From NCBI RefSeq assembly GCF_001457595.1, contig NZ_LN831039.1, forward strand, positions 4,620,001-4,652,000: a stretch of 32,000 nt of DNA, read 5' to 3'. The notes beneath the pieces are model-generated. The model was not told the origin of the DNA and did no database searches. It saw only the letters and a program-made list of their open reading frames with translations. The position numbers were made by a program, and so were the translations under genes. Shown here piece by piece: positions 8,353 through 16,559 of the stretch (its first letter is position 1; the number at the start of each line of letters is the position of its first letter). The DNA comes from Mycolicibacterium smegmatis. GTDB taxonomy: Bacteria; Actinomycetota; Actinomycetes; Mycobacteriales; Mycobacteriaceae.

Positions 8353-8894
8353 CTCACGCGAGCCAAAAGCCACGCCTCGCCGTCGCTTTCGTGCTCGGCG
8401 ATCACCTGCAGATCGCCGAAGTGCGCACGCAGTTCACCGGCACGTGCCCGGAACCGGCCTGGCTCGGCGCCCACCTCGCTGAGCACACAGATCGCCAGCA
8501 GACCACCGGGCGCCACCCGGGCCCGCAGCGCCTGGTACAGCCGAGGCTCACGGAAGCGGTGACACAGCACCACGTCGACCGGCGGACCGTCCGGCAGCCC
8601 GTCATCGAGATCCACCACGTCGAACCGGCACCGCTGCGAGACCCCGTGCCGGTCCGCCAGCTCGGTGGCCTGCGTGATCGCCACAGCCGACACGTCGATG
8701 CCCCACACGTGTAGACCCCGCCGCGCCAGCCACACCGAGTTCTCGCCCATACCGCATGCGATATCGAGTGCGCTTCCCGCCGTGGGGAATTTGTCGATAT
8801 GGTCGGCGAAAGCGCGTGGTGGCCCGGGTGCTCTGTCCGACACGGTGCGGTCGGTGTAGGTCGCGTCCCAGCGTGCGCGATCACGTTCGCTCAC
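8349..8894 (-). CDS. Class I SAM-dependent methyltransferase
   Basis: SALDIACGMGENSVWLARRGLHVWGIDVSAVAI motif I; 181 aa. Confidence 0.85.
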   Translation of the reverse strand: MSERDRARWDATYTDRTVSDRAPGPPRAFADHIDKFPTAGSALDIACGMGENSVWLARRGLHVWGIDVSAVAITQATELADRHGVSQRCRFDVVDLDDGLPDGPPVDVVLCHRFREPRLYQALRARVAPGGLLAICVLSEVGAEPGRFRARAGELRAHFGDLQVIAEHESDGEAWLLARVS

Positions 8895-8947
8895 GCGCGC
8901 ACCCGTGGGAAGGGAATAGCGGTGGGTGGTTCACGGTTGGCCACAGC

Positions 8948-9862
8948 ATGCGAGCCATTGTCTACGACCCGCTGGCCCCTGCAAACCTTCGATTCGCCGA
9001 GGTCGACGAACCTGCCGTCGCCGAATCCGAGGCGTTGATCGACGTGCAGGCCATCGCGCTGAACTTCGGGGAACTGCACTTCATCGATCACGCGCGCAAA
9101 CCCGGGGAGATACCGGGCTGGGACACCGCCGGCATCGTCGTGCAGGCCGCGGCCGACGGGTCCGGGCCACCGGTCGGCACCCGTGTGGTGGGCCTGAACT
9201 TCGGCGGCGGCTGGGCGCAGCGACGCGCCATCGCCACCGAGAACCTGGCCGTGTTGCCCGAGTTCGTCGAGTTCGAGGAGGCCGCGGCGCTGCCGGTGGC
9301 CGCCGTGACGGCGCTGCAGGCGTTGCGCGCTCTCGGCCCCGTCGTCGGACGGCGTGTGCTGATCACCGGGGCTTCCGGCGGTGTGGGACGGTTCGCGGTG
9401 CAGCTTGCGGCCCGCGCGGGTGCGCACGTGATCGCCGCCGTCGGCAGCCCGGCACGTGGCGAAGGGCTCGAGGAGCTGGGCGCGGCCGAGATCGCGGTCG
9501 GGCTCGACGGCATTACTGAGCCGGTGTTCGGGGTGCTCGACAACGTCGGCGGTCCCCTGCTGGCGCAGGCGTTCCGCCTCGTGTCCGACGGTGGTTCGGT
9601 GCAGTCGATCGGGATGGCCTCCAACGAGCCCACCACCATCAACTTCGAGGAAGAGCGCCGCACAGGCAACCGGAAACGGTTGGAGACGTTCATGATCCGC
9701 ACGCCGATCGGTCCGGATCTTCAGTACCTGCTCACATTGTTGGCTGATGGCGAGCTCGATCCGCAGATCGGTTTGCGCGATTCGTGGGACAACATCTCGA
9801 CGGCCGCGTCCGCACTGCTGGGCCGTAGCGTCGCGGGCAAGGCCGTGCTGCGGGTCAGCTGA
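8948..9862 (+). CDS. Zinc-type/MDR alcohol dehydrogenase or quinone reductase family
   Basis: MRAIVYDPLAPANLRFAEVDEP...VLITGASGGVGRFAVQLAARAGAHVIAAVGS. Confidence 0.85.
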   Translation: MRAIVYDPLAPANLRFAEVDEPAVAESEALIDVQAIALNFGELHFIDHARKPGEIPGWDTAGIVVQAAADGSGPPVGTRVVGLNFGGGWAQRRAIATENLAVLPEFVEFEEAAALPVAAVTALQALRALGPVVGRRVLITGASGGVGRFAVQLAARAGAHVIAAVGSPARGEGLEELGAAEIAVGLDGITEPVFGVLDNVGGPLLAQAFRLVSDGGSVQSIGMASNEPTTINFEEERRTGNRKRLETFMIRTPIGPDLQYLLTLLADGELDPQIGLRDSWDNISTAASALLGRSVAGKAVLRVS

Positions 9863-9870
9863 TCGCGGGC

Positions 9871-11106
9871 TCAGTTTCCCTGCCCGCCGCGCCCCCGCGA
9901 GGCGAGGTCCGGCACCGGATCCTTGCCGTTGATGAACCAGTCGCCGAGGATCCGCGCCTTGTAGACGACGGGGTTGTGCGACGCGAGGGTGCGTGCGTTG
10001 CGCCAGTGGCGATCCAGGCCCAGTTCTTCGGAGGTTGCCGAGGCGCCGAGCGCGTCGAACACCTTGGTGGTGGACCGTAGCGCGGCACCGATGATCACCA
10101 ATTGGGCCTGGGTGACCGCGACCTCGGCGTCGATCAGCAGTTGGCGGGCACGGTCCTCGCTGCCCGCGAGCCGGCCCGCCACCACGCGGTCGAGGGTGCG
10201 CGCACTCAGGGCCAGCGCGGCCTCGGCGCCGAAGGCCTCCGCCGAGACCTCGCCGATGACCTGCAGAAGCTGCGCATCATCGGACGGCACCTCCGAAAGC
10301 CCCTGCGGATAGTTGCGTTTCCGCTGCTTCAGCGCCGCCGACCCGTCGCGCTGCACGGCCTTGGTGATGCCGGTGAGCACAGCGAGCATCGCGATCTGAT
10401 AGAAGTGCGGCTGATAGGCGAACCGCTCGACCGCCGGGAACACGTTGCCGCGTTCGGCCCGCACGTTGTCGTAGTGCGCCGAACCGCTCGCCGTGGCGCG
10501 CTGCCCGAAACCCTGCCAGTCGTCGACGAGCTTCACACCCGGATCGTCGGACCGCACCAGCGCGGTCCACAGTTCACCGTCGTCACCGCGCCCGATGACA
10601 TCGAGCCAGTCGGCGTAAAGGCTGCCCGTGGCATAGTATTTCGCGCCCGACACCAGCCAGTGGTCGTCTTGCGCGGTGATGGTGGTGGCGATGTTGGCGA
10701 GCGTGCCGTTGTTGGCCTCTGTCCAGCCACCGCCGACGAACTCACCGGCCAGGAACCGCTTGATCCACGTGTTGTTCTCCTCGGTGACGGGTGCGTTGAG
10801 CCGGTCCTCCACGAACGCCAGATGATTTCGCCAGATGTGCGCGACGTTGGCGTCGGCCTGCCCCAGTTCGGCCAGCAGCTGGAAGGTCTGTTCCAGTGAC
10901 GCGCCGAACCCACCCTGCTCGGCCGGGATGCGCAGCGTGCCGAATCCGGCCTCGTTGAGCCAGCGCACCTGCTCGTGCGGCAGGATCCGGTTGCGCTCAC
11001 GCCCCACATTGCCCTCGGCGATGCGGGCGAAGATCGGCCGGAACACCGACCGCAGTTCGGCGTCGTATCCTGTCGGCCGCTTCAGATAGAAGCTGTCGGT
11101 GCTCAT
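9871..11106 (-). CDS. Acyl-CoA dehydrogenase-fold flavin monooxygenase, SfnB/DszC-like
   Basis: ILPHEQVRWLNEAGFGTLRIPAEQGGFGAS, GGGWTEANN, SGAKYYATGSLYADWLDV; 411 aa; 4-bp overlap with GNAT gene. Confidence 0.8.
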   Translation of the reverse strand: MSTDSFYLKRPTGYDAELRSVFRPIFARIAEGNVGRERNRILPHEQVRWLNEAGFGTLRIPAEQGGFGASLEQTFQLLAELGQADANVAHIWRNHLAFVEDRLNAPVTEENNTWIKRFLAGEFVGGGWTEANNGTLANIATTITAQDDHWLVSGAKYYATGSLYADWLDVIGRGDDGELWTALVRSDDPGVKLVDDWQGFGQRATASGSAHYDNVRAERGNVFPAVERFAYQPHFYQIAMLAVLTGITKAVQRDGSAALKQRKRNYPQGLSEVPSDDAQLLQVIGEVSAEAFGAEAALALSARTLDRVVAGRLAGSEDRARQLLIDAEVAVTQAQLVIIGAALRSTTKVFDALGASATSEELGLDRHWRNARTLASHNPVVYKARILGDWFINGKDPVPDLASRGRGGQGN

Positions 11107-12086
11107 TTCGTACTCCCGTCGGCGTCGATTCGATACGCGTATTCATCGCGGACCGCCACGTATCCCAGTCGCCGGTACAACACGTGCGCGTTGCTGGCGT
11201 TGTTGATGTCGGTACCCAGCGATGCTGCTGTCAGGCCGCGACGCAGCGCCGCCAGCCAGATCTTCTTGAGCAGCAGCTCCCCGGTACCACGCTCCCTTCG
11301 GTCGCGACGCACACCGATGTAGTCGGTGTGTGCGCTGCGCTCCTCGCCCCGATCGGTGAGAACGCTGTACGTCGACCCCAGGACGTATCCGACCACCACG
11401 CCGTCCCGATCGACCGCGGCGAGACTGAAATCCGGGGTGAACGCACGGCTGTGCAGATGGTGCTCCCACCGTTGCGGCGTCTTCGACATGTTGCCGAAGT
11501 GCTCGCTGAACGTGTCGAACTGCAACCGGCGAACCTCTTCGCCGAAACCACCCGAGATCACCTGTGGCCAGGACAGAACCGTGAGCCCGTCGATGTGCTC
11601 GGCGGCAAGTTGGTCGGAATCTTCACCGAGCAGTGACCTGCGGGTGCTGATGAACTGCCGCTCCCGGCGGGCACCTGTCTCGGTGAGTGCCGCGATCGCA
11701 GCGGGCTGATCGGCGCCGATGTACACCCGCAGATAGGAACCGGGCGTCGCGACCCGGTGGAAGTGGTCGACGCTGTCGCCGACGATGTCCCGGACCGCCT
11801 GGATAGGCGCCGAAGGGGCGAACACGAAGGTGCCCAGCACTTCCGGCTCTTCGGTGTCCGGCCCGTGCAATGCCGCATACCCGAGGACGCCGCCGGATTC
11901 ACCGCGCAGGACGACCGCCGAGCCGGGTAACGCCCCGTCGAGTTGTTCGGCGACGTCGCGGGAATCCGCGGCGAACGTCCGCCCACCCAGACCCGTCGTG
12001 GTGGCGAGAAAATCAGCGATGTGGGGATGGTCGTGCGACGTGGCTTGCCGAACCGTCCACGTGCCGACGCCGATGTTCTGGGTCAT
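11103..12086 (-). CDS. GNAT family N-acetyltransferase
   Basis: GVRRDRRERGTGELLLKKIWLAALRRGLTAASLGTDINNASNAHVLYRRLGY; 327 aa; 4-bp overlap with APC permease gene. Confidence 0.85.
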   Translation of the reverse strand: MTQNIGVGTWTVRQATSHDHPHIADFLATTTGLGGRTFAADSRDVAEQLDGALPGSAVVLRGESGGVLGYAALHGPDTEEPEVLGTFVFAPSAPIQAVRDIVGDSVDHFHRVATPGSYLRVYIGADQPAAIAALTETGARRERQFISTRRSLLGEDSDQLAAEHIDGLTVLSWPQVISGGFGEEVRRLQFDTFSEHFGNMSKTPQRWEHHLHSRAFTPDFSLAAVDRDGVVVGYVLGSTYSVLTDRGEERSAHTDYIGVRRDRRERGTGELLLKKIWLAALRRGLTAASLGTDINNASNAHVLYRRLGYVAVRDEYAYRIDADGSTK

Positions 12087-13588
12087 CGAGCACCGCCCCC
12101 TTCACCGTCGAGCACGTCGACGATGCCCTCGTCGGCCAGCCGCCGCTGTTCTTCCTCGGACAGGGTCTGGATGGTGCCGATCCGTTGCGCGATCTCCGGT
12201 CTGGTGCGCTTGAGGTACCAGTACCAGGCCAGCCCCGCCAGCAGGATCACGCCGAACACGAACGGCAGGATGTTGAACGGGAATTCGGGCACCGGGTAGA
12301 AGTTGCTGACGATGACGTATCCGAGCCCGACAGTCGCGGCGATCGACACGACTAGGTGCCACGGCGTCAGCGCGTTGATCTTGCGCAGCCAGATCGGGGT
12401 GGCGATGACCACGAGCAGGTAACTCGTCAGGAAGCCCCAGTTGGCGACGTAGCCGCCGTACACGTCGAACACGAGCCGGCCCGCCGAACTGAACGTCGCG
12501 GCGACGGAGAACACGAACGCGACGATGCCGACGAAGACGACGCCTGCCCAAGGGGTCTTGTGTTCCTCGTGCACCTTCGTGAACACACGCGGGAGTGCAC
12601 CTTCGTGCGCGAAGGTGAACAGGGACCGGGCGGCGGCGGTGGTCACCGCGGTGACGAACACGATGAAGGCGATCGCCACCGCGCCGCTGACCACCTGGTT
12701 GACCCATGCCACACCGACCGAGTCGGCGAGTTGGGGCAGAACCGCCTTGTCACCGTCGATGTCGTCGAAATGCAGAATCTGCGGATACGTGGCGAAGATG
12801 TAGAGCACGCCGAGCAGGATCACGACCCGCAAGAGCGACCGCGCGATGTTTCGGTGCGCGTTCTTGGCCTCGGCACCCAGCGACGCCACGCTCTCGAAGC
12901 CCGCGTAGGACCCGACCGCGGTGACCGCGGCGATGAACGTCGCACTCGACCCGAGGTGCTGCGGCTTCCACTGCTCCCAATCGATCCGGAACCCGTATCC
13001 GATGTAGGAGGCCACGATGATGACCAGGATCGAGGCGATGGCCAGCAGTTCGAACGCCAACTCGTACCGTGCGGCCACCGAGACCCCGCGGTACGGCAGG
13101 TAGACCGCGACCCCCACCACGACGGCGACCAACAGCAGCTTGAACCAGATGGCCTGGGAGCCAAGGCCGATCGATTCGAGAAAGGCGTCGAGGTAGAGTA
13201 CGCCGCCGAGGGTGCCGGTGGTGGCGAAACCGATGTAGCCGAACAGCAGGCTGAAACCCGCTGCGAACGCGAAGCCAGGTCCGAGGCCGTTGCCCGTGTA
13301 CGTGCCAAGCGATCCCGACGACACCGTGCGTCTGGCTTGGAAGCTGATCGTCAGCGCCACGAGCACGACGATCAACAGGCCGATGACGGCAGCCCATGCG
13401 GCGCCCTTGCCTGCCGCGACGAACAGTGCGAACGGGACCACGGCCACCGCGACGCTGGGCGCCGCGGCCGCGAGGCCCTGCGCGAAAACACCCCACGGGC
13501 CGAGGGCATCGCGTTGCAGTCCGGTGGATTCCGCGGCGGTGAGGGCTCGCCCCCCGACCGGCGCAGTCGGATCATCTGTTGTGGTCAC
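12083..13588 (-). CDS. APC superfamily amino-acid permease
   Basis: GALGPWGVFAQGLAAAAPS-like N-term, multiple TM helices, 501 aa; GTG start 13588 with AAGGAC SD. Confidence 0.88.
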   Translation of the reverse strand: MTTTDDPTAPVGGRALTAAESTGLQRDALGPWGVFAQGLAAAAPSVAVAVVPFALFVAAGKGAAWAAVIGLLIVVLVALTISFQARRTVSSGSLGTYTGNGLGPGFAFAAGFSLLFGYIGFATTGTLGGVLYLDAFLESIGLGSQAIWFKLLLVAVVVGVAVYLPYRGVSVAARYELAFELLAIASILVIIVASYIGYGFRIDWEQWKPQHLGSSATFIAAVTAVGSYAGFESVASLGAEAKNAHRNIARSLLRVVILLGVLYIFATYPQILHFDDIDGDKAVLPQLADSVGVAWVNQVVSGAVAIAFIVFVTAVTTAAARSLFTFAHEGALPRVFTKVHEEHKTPWAGVVFVGIVAFVFSVAATFSSAGRLVFDVYGGYVANWGFLTSYLLVVIATPIWLRKINALTPWHLVVSIAATVGLGYVIVSNFYPVPEFPFNILPFVFGVILLAGLAWYWYLKRTRPEIAQRIGTIQTLSEEEQRRLADEGIVDVLDGEGGGAR

Positions 13589-13659
13589 GGTGGTGTCCTT
13601 AAGTTCGTAGTTGCAGTTTCTTCGTGTTGTTGAGGCAGTTACGTTGGGCTGTGACCCGG

Positions 13660-13800
13660 GTGGGTCGGGTGTGGCTGTGGTGTGTGTTGCCGGCCCCTTG
13701 GTGCGGCTTGAAAGGACTGGCCGCCCGGCCTGCCTGGACTTCTCTGGCCGCTGATTGAGATCTGCGATGTGATCGCTTGTTTAAGGAAATGCTGGCGGGG
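13660..13800 (+). ncRNA. Candidate IS110 bridge RNA (target-binding then donor-binding loop)
   Basis: Guide-like segments: GTGGTGT 13677-13683, GAAAGGAC 13710-13717, ATTGAGA 13754-13760, TTAAGGA 13781-13787 around the perfect hairpin GCGAT-GTG-ATCGC (13764-13776); see finding. Confidence 0.6.
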
Positions 13801-13841
13801 TTGTCCTTGGGGATCATGTTGGCAGACAAGCGAAAAGAGGT

Positions 13842-15050
13842 GTGATGGCGGCGGGCCAGGTGTGGGCTGGAGTGGATGTCGGTAAAGAGCATCACTGGGT
13901 ATGTGTGGTCGACGACAGCGGGAAGGTGGTGTTGTCGCGCCGGTTGGTTAACGATGAGCAACCGATCCGAGAGCTCGTGGCTGAAATCGACGAGCTGGCC
14001 GAGCGAGTGTTGTGGGCGGTGGACCTGACCACGGTGTATGCCGCCCTGTTGTTGACGGTGCTGGCCGACGCTGGCAAAACGGTCCGGTACCTGGCCGGCC
14101 GGGCGGTGTGGCAGGCCTCGGCGACCTACCGCGGTGGGGAGGCCAAAACCGACGCCAAAGATGCACGGGTGATCGCCGACCAGTCGCGGATGCGCGGGCA
14201 GGACTTGCCCGTTCTGCATCCCAATGATGACTTGATCAGCGAGTTGCGGATGCTCACCGGCCATCGCGCCGACCTCGTGGCCGACCGCACCCGCACAATA
14301 AACCGGCTGCGCCAACAACTCGTCGCGGTCTGCCCGGCCCTGGAACGAGCCGCCCAACTGAGCCAAGACCGTGGCTGGGTGGTATTGCTGGCGCGCTACC
14401 AGCGTCCCAAAGCGATTCGGCAAAGCGGTGTTTCGCGGCTGACCAAAGTCTTGACCGATGCCGGTGTGCGCAACGCCGCCTCGATCGCGGGGGCTGCGGT
14501 GGCCGCGGTGAAAACCCAGACGGTGCGTCTGCCCGGCGAAGAGGTGGCCGCCGGGTTGGTCGCTGATCTGGCACGGGAGGTGATTGCCCTCGATGACCGC
14601 ATCAAGACCACCGACGCCGACATCGAGGGCCGATTTCGCCGCCATCCACTCGCCGAGGTGATCACCAGTATGCCCGGCATGGGATTTCGACTCGGCGCCG
14701 AACTCCTCGCTGCCGTCGGTGATCCCGCACTGATCGGATCGGCTGACCAACTCGCGGCCTGGGCCGGCCTGGCACCAGTGTCTCGAGACTCCGGAAAGCG
14801 CACCGGACGACTGCACACCCCCAAGCGCTACAGTCGCCGACTGCGCCGAGTCATGTACATGTCGGCGTTGACCGCGATCCGCTGCGACCCAGATTCCAAG
14901 GCCTACTACCAGCGCAAACGAGACGAAGGAAAGCGGCCGATCCCCGCCACCATCTGCCTGGCACGACGGCGCACCAACGTTCTCTACGCCCTCATCCGCG
15001 ACAACCGGACCTGGCAACCTGAATCACCCCCAAACATCGCGGCGGCTTGA
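13842..15050 (+). CDS. IS110-family transposase (recombinase), 402 aa
   Basis: WAGVDVGKEHHWVCVVD...KTDAKDARVIAD (RuvC-like DEDD) and PGMGFRLGAELLAAVGDPALIGSADQLAAWAGLAPVSRDSGKR (Tnp_20, Ser-Gly). Confidence 0.95.
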   Translation: MMAAGQVWAGVDVGKEHHWVCVVDDSGKVVLSRRLVNDEQPIRELVAEIDELAERVLWAVDLTTVYAALLLTVLADAGKTVRYLAGRAVWQASATYRGGEAKTDAKDARVIADQSRMRGQDLPVLHPNDDLISELRMLTGHRADLVADRTRTINRLRQQLVAVCPALERAAQLSQDRGWVVLLARYQRPKAIRQSGVSRLTKVLTDAGVRNAASIAGAAVAAVKTQTVRLPGEEVAAGLVADLAREVIALDDRIKTTDADIEGRFRRHPLAEVITSMPGMGFRLGAELLAAVGDPALIGSADQLAAWAGLAPVSRDSGKRTGRLHTPKRYSRRLRRVMYMSALTAIRCDPDSKAYYQRKRDEGKRPIPATICLARRRTNVLYALIRDNRTWQPESPPNIAAA

Positions 15051-15085
15051 CTTCTTCATTGAGAGTCCTTTCTGACCGCGACACT

Positions 15086-15109
15086 GTCCGCGCACAACTC
15101 GGCGCGGAC
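15086..15109. promoter_or_regulatory. Strong inverted repeat gtccgcgc-acaactcg-gcgcggac
   Basis: 8-bp perfect stem, 8-nt loop, in the original intergenic space between the monooxygenase and permease genes; no U-tract. Confidence 0.4.
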
Positions 15110-15180
15110 GATCGATTCGGTATGTGATGTCAGGCTGCAGCAGATCCGGTGACCGTGAAACCGATCAAATCGGCGGGATT

Positions 15181-16530
15181 CTATTGGAAATGAACCGATT
15201 TACGACGGAAGGCAGACGCGGGGTGTGCGTCCCCGAGAAGGGGTGAGTCACCGCCGAACAGGCGCTGCCGCAACGTCGTCGGATCGCCCACCGCACGGGC
15301 ACGACCGCGTCGCCGCAGTTCCGGGATCAGGTGGGTCGCGACGTCGGCGAAACTTCCCGGCGTGACGTGATAGGCGATGTTGAAACCGTCGACACCGGTC
15401 TTCTCGGCGTATGCCTCCAATTCGTCGGCCACCGTCGAACCGGACCCGACGAACAGTTCCCCACCGAATCCGCCGAGGCCACCCACGTAGTCCCGCAGTG
15501 TCAGACGTTCGCGCGTATCCGAATCGTTGACCGCGGCGAGGATCGACCGGCTCGCGTCGGTGTCGAACTGCTCGATCGGGCGGTCGACGCCGTACGTGGA
15601 CCAGTCGATTCCGCTGAGCGCCGACAGCAGCACCAGACCGCCCTCCAGGTCGTGGAACCGTGCCAGTTCGTCAGCCTTGGACCGCGCAGCCGAATCGCTG
15701 CTGTCGGTGACGATCTCGACCGAGGTGATGAACTTCAACGACCCCGGGTCGCGGCCGTGTGCGGCGGCCCGCCGTCGGACGTCGTCGATGTTGGCACGCA
15801 GCACGTCGGGACGCGGATCCGAGACGAACACCAATTCGGCGTTGCGGGCGGCGAATTCACGCCCGGCAGTCGAGGTACCGGCCTGGAACAGCACCGGTGT
15901 GCGCTGAGGTGACGGTTCGACGAGATGTGCACCAGGAACGCTGAAGTACCTGCCCTCGTGGGCGATGTCGTGCACCTTCGCCGGATCCGTGAACACACCG
16001 CGCTCACGGTCACGGACCACCGCGTCCGGTTCCCACGAGCCCTCCCACAGCTTGTAGGTGACCTCGACGAACTCCTGCGCCATTGCGTACCGCTCGTCGT
16101 GCGGGATCTGCCTGTCCCGGCCGATGATGTTGCGCGCCGCGCTGTCCAGCAGGGAGGTGACGATGTTCCACCCGATCCTGCCGCGCGTGAGGTGGTCGAG
16201 GGTGCTGAATTTACGGGCCAACAGGTATGGGCTCTCATAGGTGGTCGACACCGTGATCCCGAACCCCAGTCGCTGCGTGGCCGCGGCCATCGCCGACACC
16301 GCAAGCAACGGATCGGTGACCGGTGTCTGCACCGCCCGAGCCAGTGCCGCGCTGGCGTCGCCACCGAACACGTCGAGTTGTCCCACCGCGTCGGCGATGA
16401 ACAACAGGTCGAACCCGCCGTCGTCGAGCAGACGCGCGAGGTCCATCCAGTAGCCGATGTCGGTGTAGTCGGAGGTGCGGTCCTGCGGGTGGCGCCACAT
16501 TCCGAAGTTGCCGTGCGACACCGTCGACAT
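15181..16530 (-). CDS. FMN-dependent luciferase-like monooxygenase (NtaA/SnaA/DmoA family)
   Basis: MSTVSHGNFGMWRHPQDRTSDYTDIGYWMDLARLLDDGGFDLLFIADAVG...TRGRIGWNIVTS; alternative coupled start GTG at 16563 overlapping the upstream stop. Confidence 0.88.
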   Translation of the reverse strand: MSTVSHGNFGMWRHPQDRTSDYTDIGYWMDLARLLDDGGFDLLFIADAVGQLDVFGGDASAALARAVQTPVTDPLLAVSAMAAATQRLGFGITVSTTYESPYLLARKFSTLDHLTRGRIGWNIVTSLLDSAARNIIGRDRQIPHDERYAMAQEFVEVTYKLWEGSWEPDAVVRDRERGVFTDPAKVHDIAHEGRYFSVPGAHLVEPSPQRTPVLFQAGTSTAGREFAARNAELVFVSDPRPDVLRANIDDVRRRAAAHGRDPGSLKFITSVEIVTDSSDSAARSKADELARFHDLEGGLVLLSALSGIDWSTYGVDRPIEQFDTDASRSILAAVNDSDTRERLTLRDYVGGLGGFGGELFVGSGSTVADELEAYAEKTGVDGFNIAYHVTPGSFADVATHLIPELRRRGRARAVGDPTTLRQRLFGGDSPLLGDAHPASAFRRKSVHFQ

Positions 16531-16559
16531 GGTGAAAGCAGACAGCACATAGGGTTCGG

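Larger units (their letters stand above)
13595..15064 (+). mobile_element. IS110-family insertion sequence (about 1470 bp), inserted between the SD and start region of the APC permease gene
   Basis: Complete DEDD/Transposase_20 transposase; GTCCTT present at both boundaries (13595-13600 and 15065-15070); joining the flanks regenerates ggtggtGTCCTTtctgacc, i.e. a perfect AGAAAGGA SD for the minus-strand permease. Boundaries inferred, +/- the shared hexamer. Confidence 0.75.

Noticed and set aside
12356-13633. 425-aa plus-strand ORF opposite the APC permease
   Set aside because: Antisense shadow of a convincing membrane protein; charge-rich composition typical of such artefacts.
13599-15017. 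472-aa minus ORF opposite the IS110 transposase
   Set aside because: Composition and exact antisense overlap with the intact transposase indicate a shadow ORF.
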